Notes: generated from the letters alone by a model not told the origin. A stretch of DNA of 64,000 bases from an uncultured Candidatus Saccharibacteria bacterium (GCA_964559765.1 CAZLHU010000001.1:9242-73241); one strand, 5' to 3'; numbered from the stretch's first letter, positions 10,599 to 20,567 are shown. Numbers and translations are program-made.

Positions 10599-12140
10599 TT
10601 ATGGCCTTATTTCTTTTATGAAGGGAGAGGAAGATTGATTGCTCCCCATCGAAACAGTGGCTGGGAAAGAATTGTTGCCACTGGGGTTGGAGCAGCTAAG
10701 TACGTATGTCGTGGTGCTGACAGGACTGACGCTCGTAGAGCCGGATAGGTTGGATACCGTACCTATACCTTGATCGATCGAGCAAGACTGCGCGTTTGAA
10801 CAGCTCCAAGACAGCGTCGATGATTGCGGCGGAATTATGCTGCTTGGGTCGCCGTTGAACGAACAGCTTGGTAGATTCGGGGTTACGGTCGTTACTGTGA
10901 AACTGTCGAAGCATGGTCCGGAAGCCGGCAACGTGCAGCCGCCCGTCGTTCCTCCGGTCGGCGCAGTGGGCGATGACGAATTCACCGGGCTGGTCGGCTG
11001 CGTCACGCTGCCCCCCGATGTGACGACGACTTGTACGATACCGCTCACTTGTTGTTGCGACGTAGTGGATCCCGAGCAGCTGTTGGTCTGCTGTCCTGGG
11101 GTCGTACCGGTGATTGTATAGTCGTAGGTGCCCGGGGACGACAACGACATAGGAGATGAGTGGTACTGTTCCGGCGAAGCGCCGGCCAGACAGCCGCTGC
11201 CCGAGACGGAAAGACCGGGGCCGGTGACGCTGCAATTCGTAATCACGTTCACCGAACACCAGTTAATAGTGAAGGTCTGTCCAACCGTCTTGGTAATGGT
11301 GCTGCTTCCGGGAGCCGTGCAGCCATTATTAGATGTTGCCGCCCCAACACTCACGGTCACGCTCTGTGGGGACGATTTAACATTGCCCGTAGTGTCGTAA
11401 CAGGTAAGCGTGTACGTCGTCGTTTGGGTCGGCGAAACCTTTTGCGAGCCGCTTGTATTTTCATATCCGCTCCACCCATTGCTTGCACTGCATCCGTAGG
11501 CATTGCTTGTCGACCACGACAGGGTGGCGGACTGCCCGGATGTTATCGAAGTTGGGCTTGATGAAAAAGATGTAATGGCAGGAGTTCCGGCGGCACCTAC
11601 GCTTACGCTGCTAGTTTGCATCGGACTGCTTCCACCAGATCCAGTGCATTGCATACCAGTGGTGTACGTCCCAGCCGAAGAAGGAGTGATGGAAAGCGAG
11701 CCACTAGTGCCGTATGAGCCGCCATGATATCCGGTACAGGCTGTTGCGTTGGTCGACGACCAAGTCAAGGTAAACGAGCTTCCCAAGTTAATTGATGACG
11801 GATTTGCCGAAACGCTTACGGTTGCCGCGGGGGTTGCGGTCACGACAGTCATAGTGTCCTGTATGGACCAGCCGGTTGTTCCGGATAAATTTATGTTCCA
11901 CCAAGTATAGCCGTTGGCAGACGATGGGCCGCCTATAATAGTGGCTGTAGATCCGGACGCCGCTGCGGTTATCACCGAGCAGCTGGTGCCGGCACATGAG
12001 CGCACATTCGTAGCGGAGGTGAATTGCACCGTATTGCCTGTTTGCACGGCATAAGCCTGACCAGTAATTATAAACACACTCAGTACGGAAAGGGTCAGTA
12101 TAGAAATGACAATTGTCGGCTTATTGCTCATCTTCATCAT
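10599..12140 (-). CDS. Secreted protein with an SH3-like domain and Ig-like repeats
   Basis: Start moved to MMKMSNK, which overlaps the upstream stop as ATGA; NVRS...GYTWW...GW SH3b-like segment; TLTWSSTNA..C repeats; ends IKEIRP. Confidence 0.75.
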   Translation of the reverse strand: MMKMSNKPTIVISILTLSVLSVFIITGQAYAVQTGNTVQFTSATNVRSCAGTSCSVITAAASGSTATIIGGPSSANGYTWWNINLSGTTGWSIQDTMTVVTATPAATVSVSANPSSINLGSSFTLTWSSTNATACTGYHGGSYGTSGSLSITPSSAGTYTTGMQCTGSGGSSPMQTSSVSVGAAGTPAITSFSSSPTSITSGQSATLSWSTSNAYGCSASNGWSGYENTSGSQKVSPTQTTTYTLTCYDTTGNVKSSPQSVTVSVGAATSNNGCTAPGSSTITKTVGQTFTINWCSVNVITNCSVTGPGLSVSGSGCLAGASPEQYHSSPMSLSSPGTYDYTITGTTPGQQTNSCSGSTTSQQQVSGIVQVVVTSGGSVTQPTSPVNSSSPTAPTGGTTGGCTLPASGPCFDSFTVTTVTPNLPSCSFNGDPSSIIPPQSSTLSWSCSNAQSCSIDQGIGTVSNLSGSTSVSPVSTTTYVLSCSNPSGNNSFPATVSMGSNQSSSPFIKEIRP

Positions 12141-13678
12141 TGCGCCTTTATGTCTACCGATGGCGACGACTGGTTTTGGGTTGTCGAAGTCGCAGGCTGC
12201 GTAACGGTGAATACGGCGCTGCCGGTGTCGCTGCCGCAAGAGTTCGCACAGGTTATGCTGTATGTCTGAGTGGAAGGAGATGGGGCGGTATAGACCTGCG
12301 AGCCGCCGTTAATATTGTAAGAATTTCCGTTGCCGTCGGCGCAGACTGTGGCGTTGGTTGGCGCCCAGGATACGGTTGTCGATGAGGGTTGGCACGATGA
12401 CGCTACCGTGGGATTGGCGGTAACGCTCACAGTCGGCGGCGCACATTGGCAATCCGCATCTGTGTTGCATTGATTAGTCCCCGCTCCAGCTACAGACACG
12501 CAGGCATCGAGATTATTGCATACCGAATGTTCGGGGCCCGGAACCGTCGGAACATAAACATAATCATAGTCGTCTATGGAATTTCCGTCGGATAGACTGC
12601 AACTGAAATTAAATTGGTAGTTTCCGGTCGCCAATGATGCCTGCGGCGAATTGATCGGCTGGGTAGCCTCATTTCCAGAAATCAGGCCCAAGTTAACATA
12701 ATGAAGCCCGCTTACCTCGCTACCACTAAAATTCTCGCCATCCGCAGACACGGCCTTATTTGTATCTAGATTTGTCACGTTTAATGAGCAGCTGGATATG
12801 CTTACTCCGCCAAGCCCATGAGCAAGGAGGTTGGCGAGGGACTGTGCAGGCGACGGAGTCGTTATCTCGGCAACGATCGTTGACGCGGCTAACTCTGAAT
12901 TGCTGTATGCGAACGGATTGATGCTTATTGAATAATCAGGCGCCAGACCCGCAGCCTTATATGTCGAACTTACTACTCCGGGGTTAGCGTCCATAATCAG
13001 ATTAACGGTATAACCATCGGCCGAATTCGGAACGGAGCTTATTACAGATTGCACCGTCGATTCCGATATATTGGATTGGGTTATATAGGTGTATTGGAAT
13101 GTCTCTGGCTTCGGCGCAGGTGATGAAGAGGGGTCTACTATATAGATATTATTGTAGTCGCCTATATAGCTGTATGGGGATAGATAGCACTTTGTCGAGA
13201 TACTGTGATTACCCACACTTAGAATAGGAAGCGGATTGAAACCAAAATCCCATATAAAATTCCCAGTCAAACTGAATAAATCTGATCCCTGGCTTGAAGT
13301 CTGATCGGGTACGGTTCCGTCATCGACATAAAAAGCGCAGCTTGATATGGCATTGGCGCTAAACGATGCAAGATTACTGGTCAACCCACTGACCAATCCG
13401 TAGGTTATGAGACTGGATACATTAGTATTGGAAAACTGACTTGCCGTAAAAGCCAATGGATTTGTTGACGCGACCGTACCGCCATTATTTGTTGTTAGGA
13501 CGCCGGGATTGCCTCCTATAGGAAGATAGACGGTATATCCGTCCGCCGTGTTAAATAGACCTTGAGAAAGTGAGGATTGGCTTGGACCGGAACCATCGGC
13601 ATTCGCAGGCAAAATTTTCAGAGACAAAATAGATATCAGAGCTAATCCTAGTAAAATTCTGCTAAGTTTATTATGCAT
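12137..13678 (-). CDS. Secreted Ser/Thr-rich protein with an internal duplication and a Cys-rich segment
   Basis: Signal peptide; two N(T/S)ADGYTV...NPGV...NP.A units; CNNLDACVSVAGAGTNQC. Confidence 0.7.
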   Translation of the reverse strand: MHNKLSRILLGLALISILSLKILPANADGSGPSQSSLSQGLFNTADGYTVYLPIGGNPGVLTTNNGGTVASTNPLAFTASQFSNTNVSSLITYGLVSGLTSNLASFSANAISSCAFYVDDGTVPDQTSSQGSDLFSLTGNFIWDFGFNPLPILSVGNHSISTKCYLSPYSYIGDYNNIYIVDPSSSPAPKPETFQYTYITQSNISESTVQSVISSVPNSADGYTVNLIMDANPGVVSSTYKAAGLAPDYSISINPFAYSNSELAASTIVAEITTPSPAQSLANLLAHGLGGVSISSCSLNVTNLDTNKAVSADGENFSGSEVSGLHYVNLGLISGNEATQPINSPQASLATGNYQFNFSCSLSDGNSIDDYDYVYVPTVPGPEHSVCNNLDACVSVAGAGTNQCNTDADCQCAPPTVSVTANPTVASSCQPSSTTVSWAPTNATVCADGNGNSYNINGGSQVYTAPSPSTQTYSITCANSCGSDTGSAVFTVTQPATSTTQNQSSPSVDIKAQ

Positions 13679-13697
13679 GTCGCGCCATAGGATATAT

Positions 13698-14246
13698 CTA
13701 TTTAGACTTACTAAACTGTGACATGTTTAAAATAAGAACCTGTGTGAAAGCTGTGTCACCAATATCATAGGAACCGCTGGAATTCTTGCACGTAACAATA
13801 TAAGTTCCACCGCCGCCGTTGGCTGGCAGACTCACTAATTGATAAGAACTGCCCGAGATCGGCGTGCCGTCCTGCGGATGTATATCATCATGGCCAAACA
13901 GACAATCTTTGCCGCTCACATTTTCGGTAATCTCATAACTAACCGGTCCGAAAACTAGCACGCCGGCTGAATTATTTGTACCTATAAGAGGGCTGCCACT
14001 GAATTTACCGCTTCCGATTTGAAATATTCCCGCAGATTTAAGTATTTTTATATTTATAGTCGCGCCAGGAATAGTAGACGTAACACTGCCGACATAACTC
14101 ATATTGGCCGGCAAAACCCGCGAGATGGCATGCAAAGCGGGGTTGCTCTCGTATTTGATGAGCCTGGAGATTTCGATTGAAGCAACTGTGATAATAGCAA
14201 TTACCAAAATCGCTATTGAGATACGTATCACGGTTTTTTTATTCAT
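13698..14246 (-). CDS. Hypothetical membrane-anchored protein
   Basis: N-terminal TM helix; first gene of the minus-strand surface cluster. Confidence 0.6.
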   Translation of the reverse strand: MNKKTVIRISIAILVIAIITVASIEISRLIKYESNPALHAISRVLPANMSYVGSVTSTIPGATINIKILKSAGIFQIGSGKFSGSPLIGTNNSAGVLVFGPVSYEITENVSGKDCLFGHDDIHPQDGTPISGSSYQLVSLPANGGGGTYIVTCKNSSGSYDIGDTAFTQVLILNMSQFSKSK

Positions 14247-14458
14247 GGTGATTGTACCTTCTCCCCTATCTCAATCTCGGGATATCGGGGAAGCCAGTTT
14301 ATTCAAGCTTCGACTCTTAAATAATAGACCATTTTATCCGTGCTTCAAAATAAGCTTGGGGAGCCGCTGGCTCAAGATCAATCGATGTTATAATGGTTAA
14401 TGAGATATGACTTTAAAAGGCCGGAAAATAAGAAGATAAACTTTAAAAAAATAAATAT

Positions 14459-14857
14459 ATGAAGGGATTCAACGCAAATATAGAGAAAGAGACCTTGGAT
14501 AACGAAAATTTCCGTAAGGTTTTATACACCACAAACCATAGCCAGCTCGTGTTAATGAGCTTAAGACCAAAAGAAGAAATCGGCATGGAGGTTCATAAGG
14601 ATAACGATCAGTTCTTGCGATTCGAGCGGGGCAGCGGCAAATGCATCATCGACGGCAATGAATATATGGTCGGAGACGGCTCCGCCGTCATCGTTCCCGC
14701 CGGCGCGCAGCATAACGTCATCAACATATCAGAAACTGAGGATTTGAAACTTTATACGATCTATTCCCCTGCCCACCATAAAGATGGGATTGTTCGCGCC
14801 ACCAAGGAAGAAGCTGAGGCCACAGAAGAGGAATTCGACGGTAAAACAACCGAATAG
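14459..14857 (+). CDS. Cupin domain protein
   Basis: EIGMEVH...DQF...VPAGAQHN...LYTIYSPAHH. Confidence 0.85.
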   Translation: MKGFNANIEKETLDNENFRKVLYTTNHSQLVLMSLRPKEEIGMEVHKDNDQFLRFERGSGKCIIDGNEYMVGDGSAVIVPAGAQHNVINISETEDLKLYTIYSPAHHKDGIVRATKEEAEATEEEFDGKTTE

Positions 14858-14875
14858 CCAATAATACTTAAATCT

Positions 14876-15283
14876 ATGAGCGATACCTATAATTGGTACG
14901 CACATCTTAAAAAGCCATCCTGGGCCCCGCCCTCATGGCTTTTCGGGCCAGCATGGACGGTGCTTTATATTCTGATCGCGATAACCTTTGGGTCTGTTTT
15001 ATACAAAACGCTCATCGGGGACCTAGCTCGGATCATAGCCATACCATTTACCCTCAATCTTATTTTCAACTTCGCATTCGTACCAATACAGTTCAAGCTC
15101 AAGAACAATCCCCTAGCCGCGATCGACATCATACTTGTCCTGGGGACCATCGTTTGGGCATTGTTGGCCATATGGCCATACGAACACTGGATCGTATACG
15201 CCAACATCCCCTATCTTTTGTGGGTATCTTTCGCAACCGTTCTACAACTGACAGTCACCTATATAAATAGGAAGGGCGTCTAA
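14876..15283 (+). CDS. tspO: TspO/MBR tryptophan-rich sensory protein
   Basis: WY..LKKPSWAPP.WLFGPAW and PYLLWVSFA motifs. Confidence 0.9.
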   Translation: MSDTYNWYAHLKKPSWAPPSWLFGPAWTVLYILIAITFGSVLYKTLIGDLARIIAIPFTLNLIFNFAFVPIQFKLKNNPLAAIDIILVLGTIVWALLAIWPYEHWIVYANIPYLLWVSFATVLQLTVTYINRKGV

Positions 15284-15318
15284 GGCTGTGAGTGTTAAGT
15301 TTTTGATATACTTATCCC

Positions 15319-15813
15319 GTGCAATACCATCCCCTGACCAAAAGAATATCCGATTTACTGACCGAACATCACATCCCATTTCGGACGTTCCAACATACGC
15401 CAGTGCGTACAAGCGAAGAGGCGGCAGCCCTACGGCCGGATTTCACCTTGCATCAGGGCGCTAAAGCGCTAATTGTGAGAGCGAAGGGTCCGGACAACGC
15501 CCCATTCTTTGTAATGCTAGTTTTCCCCGCAGACCTTAAGTTCGACTCAAAGAAGGTCAAATCAGCCATCGACGCTAAGTCGGTTTCTTTCGCAACCGAA
15601 GAAGAAGTTTCGCGAATTACTGATGGCGTCCAAATTGGAGGCGTACCTCCGTTCGGAAACCTATTCGGCCTTCCGGTATACGTGGACGAATCGCTTTCCA
15701 GCAACGACGAGATCATCTTTAATGCAGGCGACCGAAGCTTTTCTATTGCGATGAAAACATCCGACTATTTGAACGTTGTACGGCCGAAGATCAGCGACTT
15801 AGTCCTGCGATGA
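15319..15813 (+). CDS. YbaK/ProX aminoacyl-tRNA deacylase family protein
   Basis: GAKALIV, GGVPPFG and FNAG motifs. Confidence 0.88.
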   Translation: MQYHPLTKRISDLLTEHHIPFRTFQHTPVRTSEEAAALRPDFTLHQGAKALIVRAKGPDNAPFFVMLVFPADLKFDSKKVKSAIDAKSVSFATEEEVSRITDGVQIGGVPPFGNLFGLPVYVDESLSSNDEIIFNAGDRSFSIAMKTSDYLNVVRPKISDLVLR

Positions 15814-16169
15814 ATTACAATTTGGACTTAAACGACCGGCCGTTCAAAGCGATAAAGGCAGGCACAAAAAAGATAGAGGGCCGCACACCAAAAGACGAAG
15901 GCGATAAGCAATACGGCCAAATGGCCGCAGGCGACGTTATAATCTTCACCAGCAATGCAACGGGCGAGAAGATGCCGTGCGAAGTCACATTCGTACGGAG
16001 ATATCCCGACGTCAGATCGATGCTCGAAACGGAGGGGGTAAAGAACGTCCTATCGAGCGGCCTGGATATAGAAGGAGGGGTAAAAAGCTATAATAACCTG
16101 GAAGGATACGAAGAAAGCATAAAAAAGTTCGGCATCTACGCAATCGGCATAAAACCCATCGATGAATAA
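15810..16169 (+). CDS. ASCH domain protein
   Basis: IKAGTKKIEGR...GDVIIF, the ASCH GxKxxExR motif. Confidence 0.85.
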   Translation: MNYNLDLNDRPFKAIKAGTKKIEGRTPKDEGDKQYGQMAAGDVIIFTSNATGEKMPCEVTFVRRYPDVRSMLETEGVKNVLSSGLDIEGGVKSYNNLEGYEESIKKFGIYAIGIKPIDE

Positions 16170-16548
16170 TTTCAAAACACTCTATAAAGAAGCTTATAAG
16201 ATCAGCAAGAACAGAAAGCTTAGCAAGCTCGCCAGCAGCGGCGGGGTCGGCAGCGCCATGATCACGAAGAAGGGCAATATCTATACGGGCATCTGTATAG
16301 ACGCCTGCTGCGGGGTCGGCTTCTGCGCCGAACACTCGGCCATAGCCGACATGCTGAAGCACGGCGAATCGGAGATAAAGGAGGTGGTTGCGGTAAATCA
16401 AGGCAAGAAGATACTGCCGCCCTGCGGAAGATGCCGCGAGCTCATATTCCAGATAAATCCCCGCAACAAGAACACAATAGTCCATCTCTCTGCGACCAAG
16501 AGCAAGACGATCGAGGCCCTATTGCCCGATCCTTGGAGTGTAGGTTGA
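16162..16548 (+). CDS. Cytidine deaminase family protein
   Basis: CAEHSAI and PCGRCRE zinc motifs. Confidence 0.9.
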   Translation: MNNFKTLYKEAYKISKNRKLSKLASSGGVGSAMITKKGNIYTGICIDACCGVGFCAEHSAIADMLKHGESEIKEVVAVNQGKKILPPCGRCRELIFQINPRNKNTIVHLSATKSKTIEALLPDPWSVG

Positions 16549-16579
16549 ACCCAGGGGCGGTTCTGACTAGACTGAGATT

Positions 16580-17236
16580 ATGGACCACGAAAATAATAGA
16601 GATTACTGCACGCTCTATATAGTTCGCCACGGCGAAACGGAATGGAATAAGAATCGCACTGTCATGGGACAGATGGATTCGCCCCTTACCCCTGAAGGCG
16701 TGCGGCAGGTCGAAGCTACCGCAGACCAGCTTAAGGACATCCACTTCGACGCGATATTCTCCTCGGACTCTCCGCGGGCCCAGAGGACGGCTGAGATCAT
16801 AAGACTGGACCGGGATCTCGCCATACAGACATCCAAGCTTCTCAGGGAGAGGAAATACGGGCGTTTCGAGGGAAAACCTGCGGAGAAATTCCACAACGCG
16901 GTCAAGCACCTGCTTGAAAAGAAAGAGGCATTGACCGAGAAGGAGCAGTGGAAATTCAACATCAGCGATGACATGGAAAGCGACGAGGAGCTTGCAAACA
17001 GGTTCATCATACAGCTGAGGGAGATAGCCGCATCGCATATAAACAAGACCGTCCTTGTGACCACGCACGGAGGATGCATACGCATGTTCCTGGTGCGAAC
17101 CGGCTACGCCGGATATAAAAAGCTGCAGGGAGGCACCTTTCAGAACGCCGGATACGTTAAGGCCTCGTCGGACGGAATAGATTTCTTTATCGAGGAGGTT
17201 AAGGGCATAAAGTACAAGGATAAAGCGGCTGAATAG
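16580..17236 (+). CDS. Histidine phosphatase (phosphoglycerate mutase) family protein
   Basis: VRHGETEWN, SD..RA..TA and THGG motifs. Confidence 0.9.
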   Translation: MDHENNRDYCTLYIVRHGETEWNKNRTVMGQMDSPLTPEGVRQVEATADQLKDIHFDAIFSSDSPRAQRTAEIIRLDRDLAIQTSKLLRERKYGRFEGKPAEKFHNAVKHLLEKKEALTEKEQWKFNISDDMESDEELANRFIIQLREIAASHINKTVLVTTHGGCIRMFLVRTGYAGYKKLQGGTFQNAGYVKASSDGIDFFIEEVKGIKYKDKAAE

Positions 17237-17288
17237 GGCCGCTTTAAAAAACCTTTACTTTCAAAGCTGAAACGAATTAAATGAGCCT

Positions 17289-18380
17289 ATGGGCAAAGTT
17301 GACCTTACAAAAATCATCAGAGCCGACATATCGGATATGGCGTCCTATAAGGCCGCACCTTTCCTGTCCGATCTTGAGGAAAAATACGCCTCTTCAAAGG
17401 ACGAGATAATTAAACTCGACCAGGGAGAGAATCCTTACGGTTCCCCGCCCAGCGTGAGGGAAGCCCTAAGTAAGGTTAAGGACATATTTAACTATTATCC
17501 GGATCCGGAATATAAAAAGCTACGCACGGCTATATCCAAATACGTCGGCGTAGACATCGGACGAATCATGGTCGGCTCGGGCTCAGATGAGCTCTCGGAC
17601 CTTATCTTAAGGCTGGTTATAAACGAAGGCGACGAGATCATAAACTGCTCCCCCACCTACGGCATGTACCCCTTGCTCATAACCCTCAATAAAGGGAAGG
17701 CCGTAGTCGTTCGCAGGAATGAAGACTACTCGTTGAACGTTCAGGCGATAATAGAAAAAGTAAACGACCGGACTAAGGCGATACTGATCTGCTCCCCCAA
17801 CAACCCCACCGGCAACTTGGCCACCGAACAGGAGATCAGGGCCCTGCTCGACACCGGAAAGTTGGTCGTCGTCGATGAGGCTTATTTCGAATTCTGCAAC
17901 AAAACGGTCATTCATTTGTCCGACGAATATAACAATCTAATTATCATGAGGACCTTCAGTAAATGGGCAGGCTTGGCCGGCCTACGCCTAGGATACGCAA
18001 TAATGGATCCGCGCTTTGTAAGCGAACTCATGAAAATAAAACTACCCTTCAATGTTAACCTGGCCGCAGAGATCGGGGGCTTGGCTGCTTTGGAGAATGT
18101 CGCCACGACGCTGGAAATGGTAAATAGGGTTGTCGTTGAACGAGATAGGGTTTATGGCGAGCTTAAAGATCTGCCTGGATTCAAAACATATCCATCGTAC
18201 GGGAACTTCCTGTTGATCGAGGCCAAAGGGAGCCTGTCGGATGTTAGAACCTATTTGGACAATAATCAGATATTCCCAAGGTATTACGAGGAACAGAATG
18301 CGCTGAGACTAACCATCGGAACGCCAGAACAAAACGACAAAGTTGTCGCTAGATTGAAGTCTTTTAAGGCGAGCGCTTAA
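17289..18380 (+). CDS. hisC: Histidinol-phosphate aminotransferase family protein
   Basis: ENPY, YPD, PNNPTG, DEAY and RTFSKWAGLAGLRLGY motifs. Confidence 0.82.
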   Translation: MGKVDLTKIIRADISDMASYKAAPFLSDLEEKYASSKDEIIKLDQGENPYGSPPSVREALSKVKDIFNYYPDPEYKKLRTAISKYVGVDIGRIMVGSGSDELSDLILRLVINEGDEIINCSPTYGMYPLLITLNKGKAVVVRRNEDYSLNVQAIIEKVNDRTKAILICSPNNPTGNLATEQEIRALLDTGKLVVVDEAYFEFCNKTVIHLSDEYNNLIIMRTFSKWAGLAGLRLGYAIMDPRFVSELMKIKLPFNVNLAAEIGGLAALENVATTLEMVNRVVVERDRVYGELKDLPGFKTYPSYGNFLLIEAKGSLSDVRTYLDNNQIFPRYYEEQNALRLTIGTPEQNDKVVARLKSFKASA

Positions 18381-18955
18381 GCGCTTAGTGGTTTAACAAA
18401 CGGAAGGATATACGGCTTGTCTTTGTCTGTTGAATCTATCAGCAGGTCAACTGCCTCTTTTAGGCTCTGGCCTATAGTGAACACGCCATGGTCTTTAAGG
18501 AAGACGGCATTCGAATTTTTAAATAAGGGCACCATCGCCAAACCTAGCTCTATCGTCCCATATGGGATTTCTTCAGGGGTTGAAGGTATGTTCTTGCTAT
18601 CCTTGGACCCTACATTCACGTGGGCGACGGCCTTAACCTCCGGCATCGCCTGGTATATGGTCCAATGGTTTACTGATTCGGAAGAGGGGCCCTTCGAGCC
18701 GACGAAGTACACCTTCTCGCTGTTTGCCTCCGGCACGAAGATCACTTCGTCGGGATGAAGGTTGTCCAGTTTCGATCCGGTGGAAGTCACTAGCATCCCG
18801 CCTGGGACTTTAATGCTGAAATTCCCGCCACTGCCGACCGACAGCCCGCTGTCGCCTACCAACTTGCCGGCATCTATGAACTCTTGGGCATACTTGTCCA
18901 CAAGTTCCTGCACATTTATTGAATCTGGCCTAGTCGCTCCGTCTTCGTACTTCAT
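18377..18955 (-). CDS. Class II aldolase/adducin family protein
   Basis: GGNFS, PSSE..H..IY and HGV motifs; the HxH motif is altered to HVN. Confidence 0.8.
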   Translation of the reverse strand: MKYEDGATRPDSINVQELVDKYAQEFIDAGKLVGDSGLSVGSGGNFSIKVPGGMLVTSTGSKLDNLHPDEVIFVPEANSEKVYFVGSKGPSSESVNHWTIYQAMPEVKAVAHVNVGSKDSKNIPSTPEEIPYGTIELGLAMVPLFKNSNAVFLKDHGVFTIGQSLKEAVDLLIDSTDKDKPYILPFVKPLSA

Positions 18956-18971
18956 CTTTGTTTTATTTAAA

Positions 18972-20171
18972 TTATTTTTTATAACCGTACGTCGTCTTGT
19001 GCGCCGGATATTCGGTCACCGCCTCGTATCCGTATCCCCTCAGTATATTTTCAACCTCGGTAGACGTCTCCTCCCCGTTTACTATGTGATATGAAGCAAC
19101 GGCCAGGTTAACTTTATTGTTTCTCAATGTCCTCTCGGCTCCCTTTAGGGCCTGGAGCTCGGATCCCTCGATGTCCATCTTTATGAAATCGACTTTATCT
19201 ATTCCAAGCCTGCCCAGCTCGTTGTCGATAGAGACGACATCGGTATCGGTGGCATAGGGGCTGGCGTTGAAGTAGAACGAGGCTCCCGCAGTATGCTTGT
19301 TGTTAAACTTCAGTTTCCCGTCCTTGTACCACAGCGCTTTGTTTATCACTGTGACATTCTCAAGTCCGTTTAATTTGACGTTCTCCTTGAGCTTCCTGCA
19401 ATTTTCCGTATCAGGCTCAAAAACTATAACCTTTCCGTTGTTTCCGACGACCTTCGCCGCATATACGGAGAAAGTACCTTCGTATCCCCCGCCGTCGATC
19501 ACGACATCTCCTGACTTAAGCTGGTAATGCAATTCGTAGCCGATATTCTCTTTTTTGAATGACGCGTCCCACGGCTTGTATTCAACGTCGTAAGGCGTGA
19601 GATTAGACCCGGACCAGCTGCAAAACTTGAGATGTTGGCCCTTATAGATTATCTCCACGTACTCATCGTTCCATACCCTCTCCTCTATCACCGGGCTGAG
19701 CTTGCTCACCAGTTCGTCGTCCGATGCAGTGGAGTTATCCAGTACGAGGTCGTACTTCAAACCAAGATTCTTGGCCTTTTCATAGGTGTCCGCTATTTCC
19801 TCCTTGGACCATTCGACGTGGTCGCTCTTTGGCCTCTGTTCCAGCCTCTCAAGAGTCACTTTAAGTGGCGAGTCCACATAGATCAGCCTGACGTCAGCGA
19901 CCAATTGAAGCTTCTTTAGAATCTCGAAGGCGTATGGCCTGCTCATCGTGTTCTCGAGACAAATCCTCCCCTTCTTATCCAAGAATTCCAAAATTGCCGC
20001 CTCGGCCAGAGGTTCGGCCCGTTTAAGGTACCCCTCGGGGTTTTCCTTCTGCTCCTTTATGAAGATGTCCTCGTATTCAAAGAAAGGGATATCGAATCTC
20101 TTTTCGATCAGTTTGCCGACATATGATTTGCCGACAGCTATTGGGCCGACCAGCAAAAATGCTTCTTTCAT
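18972..20171 (-). CDS. P-loop kinase-like domain fused to an FkbM family methyltransferase
   Basis: N-terminal GPIAVGKS; C-terminal VIDGGGYEG, FEP and FIKMDIEGSE. Confidence 0.82.
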   Translation of the reverse strand: MKEAFLLVGPIAVGKSYVGKLIEKRFDIPFFEYEDIFIKEQKENPEGYLKRAEPLAEAAILEFLDKKGRICLENTMSRPYAFEILKKLQLVADVRLIYVDSPLKVTLERLEQRPKSDHVEWSKEEIADTYEKAKNLGLKYDLVLDNSTASDDELVSKLSPVIEERVWNDEYVEIIYKGQHLKFCSWSGSNLTPYDVEYKPWDASFKKENIGYELHYQLKSGDVVIDGGGYEGTFSVYAAKVVGNNGKVIVFEPDTENCRKLKENVKLNGLENVTVINKALWYKDGKLKFNNKHTAGASFYFNASPYATDTDVVSIDNELGRLGIDKVDFIKMDIEGSELQALKGAERTLRNNKVNLAVASYHIVNGEETSTEVENILRGYGYEAVTEYPAHKTTYGYKK

Positions 20172-20234
20172 CCTTAAATGGATACCTTGTATTCCTAATC
20201 CTTGTCAAGATTTTTGGATCCAAAAATCCCCACA

Positions 20235-20567
20235 TCACAAAGTAGTGGATGTGGGGACTGGGATATAGGTGATGACGGTCGACGAGCCATAGACTTGTGT
20301 CAGCCACGCGGTAAACGTGTTATCGATAGCCTCGTTGACGTTCAAGAGGGTAGACGAACTTGTCCACTCGCTAAGACATCTATCTCCCTGCGGATCCGTG
20401 AAATACGCATTCTGTTCGTAGGTACTAGTTGCACCTGGAATCAGATATTGCGAGTCCCACATATTTAGAGAGAATCCGCTGACAGGAAGCGCGACAACTG
20501 TCACGAGTAGAACGCTTAGCGCCGCACCGAAAACCTTACCGTTCAGAAACCTCAGTAATCGGCTCAT
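20235..20567 (-). CDS. Small secreted hypothetical protein
   Basis: Signal-peptide-like N-terminus; A-rich leader with a promoter-like upstream region. Confidence 0.55.
   Translation of the reverse strand: MSRLLRFLNGKVFGAALSVLLVTVVALPVSGFSLNMWDSQYLIPGATSTYEQNAYFTDPQGDRCLSEWTSSSTLLNVNEAIDNTFTAWLTQVYGSSTVITYIPVPTSTTL

Noticed and set aside
12137-12239. Programmed frameshift joining the two overlapping surface ORFs
   Set aside because: The downstream gene has its own ATGA-coupled start at 12140 and its own signal peptide.
16580-18380. Phosphatase plus HisC-like pair as cobC/cobD
   Set aside because: The motifs fit HisC (RTFSK.AGLAGLRLGY) and no other cobalamin genes are nearby; it cannot be fully excluded without a phylogeny.
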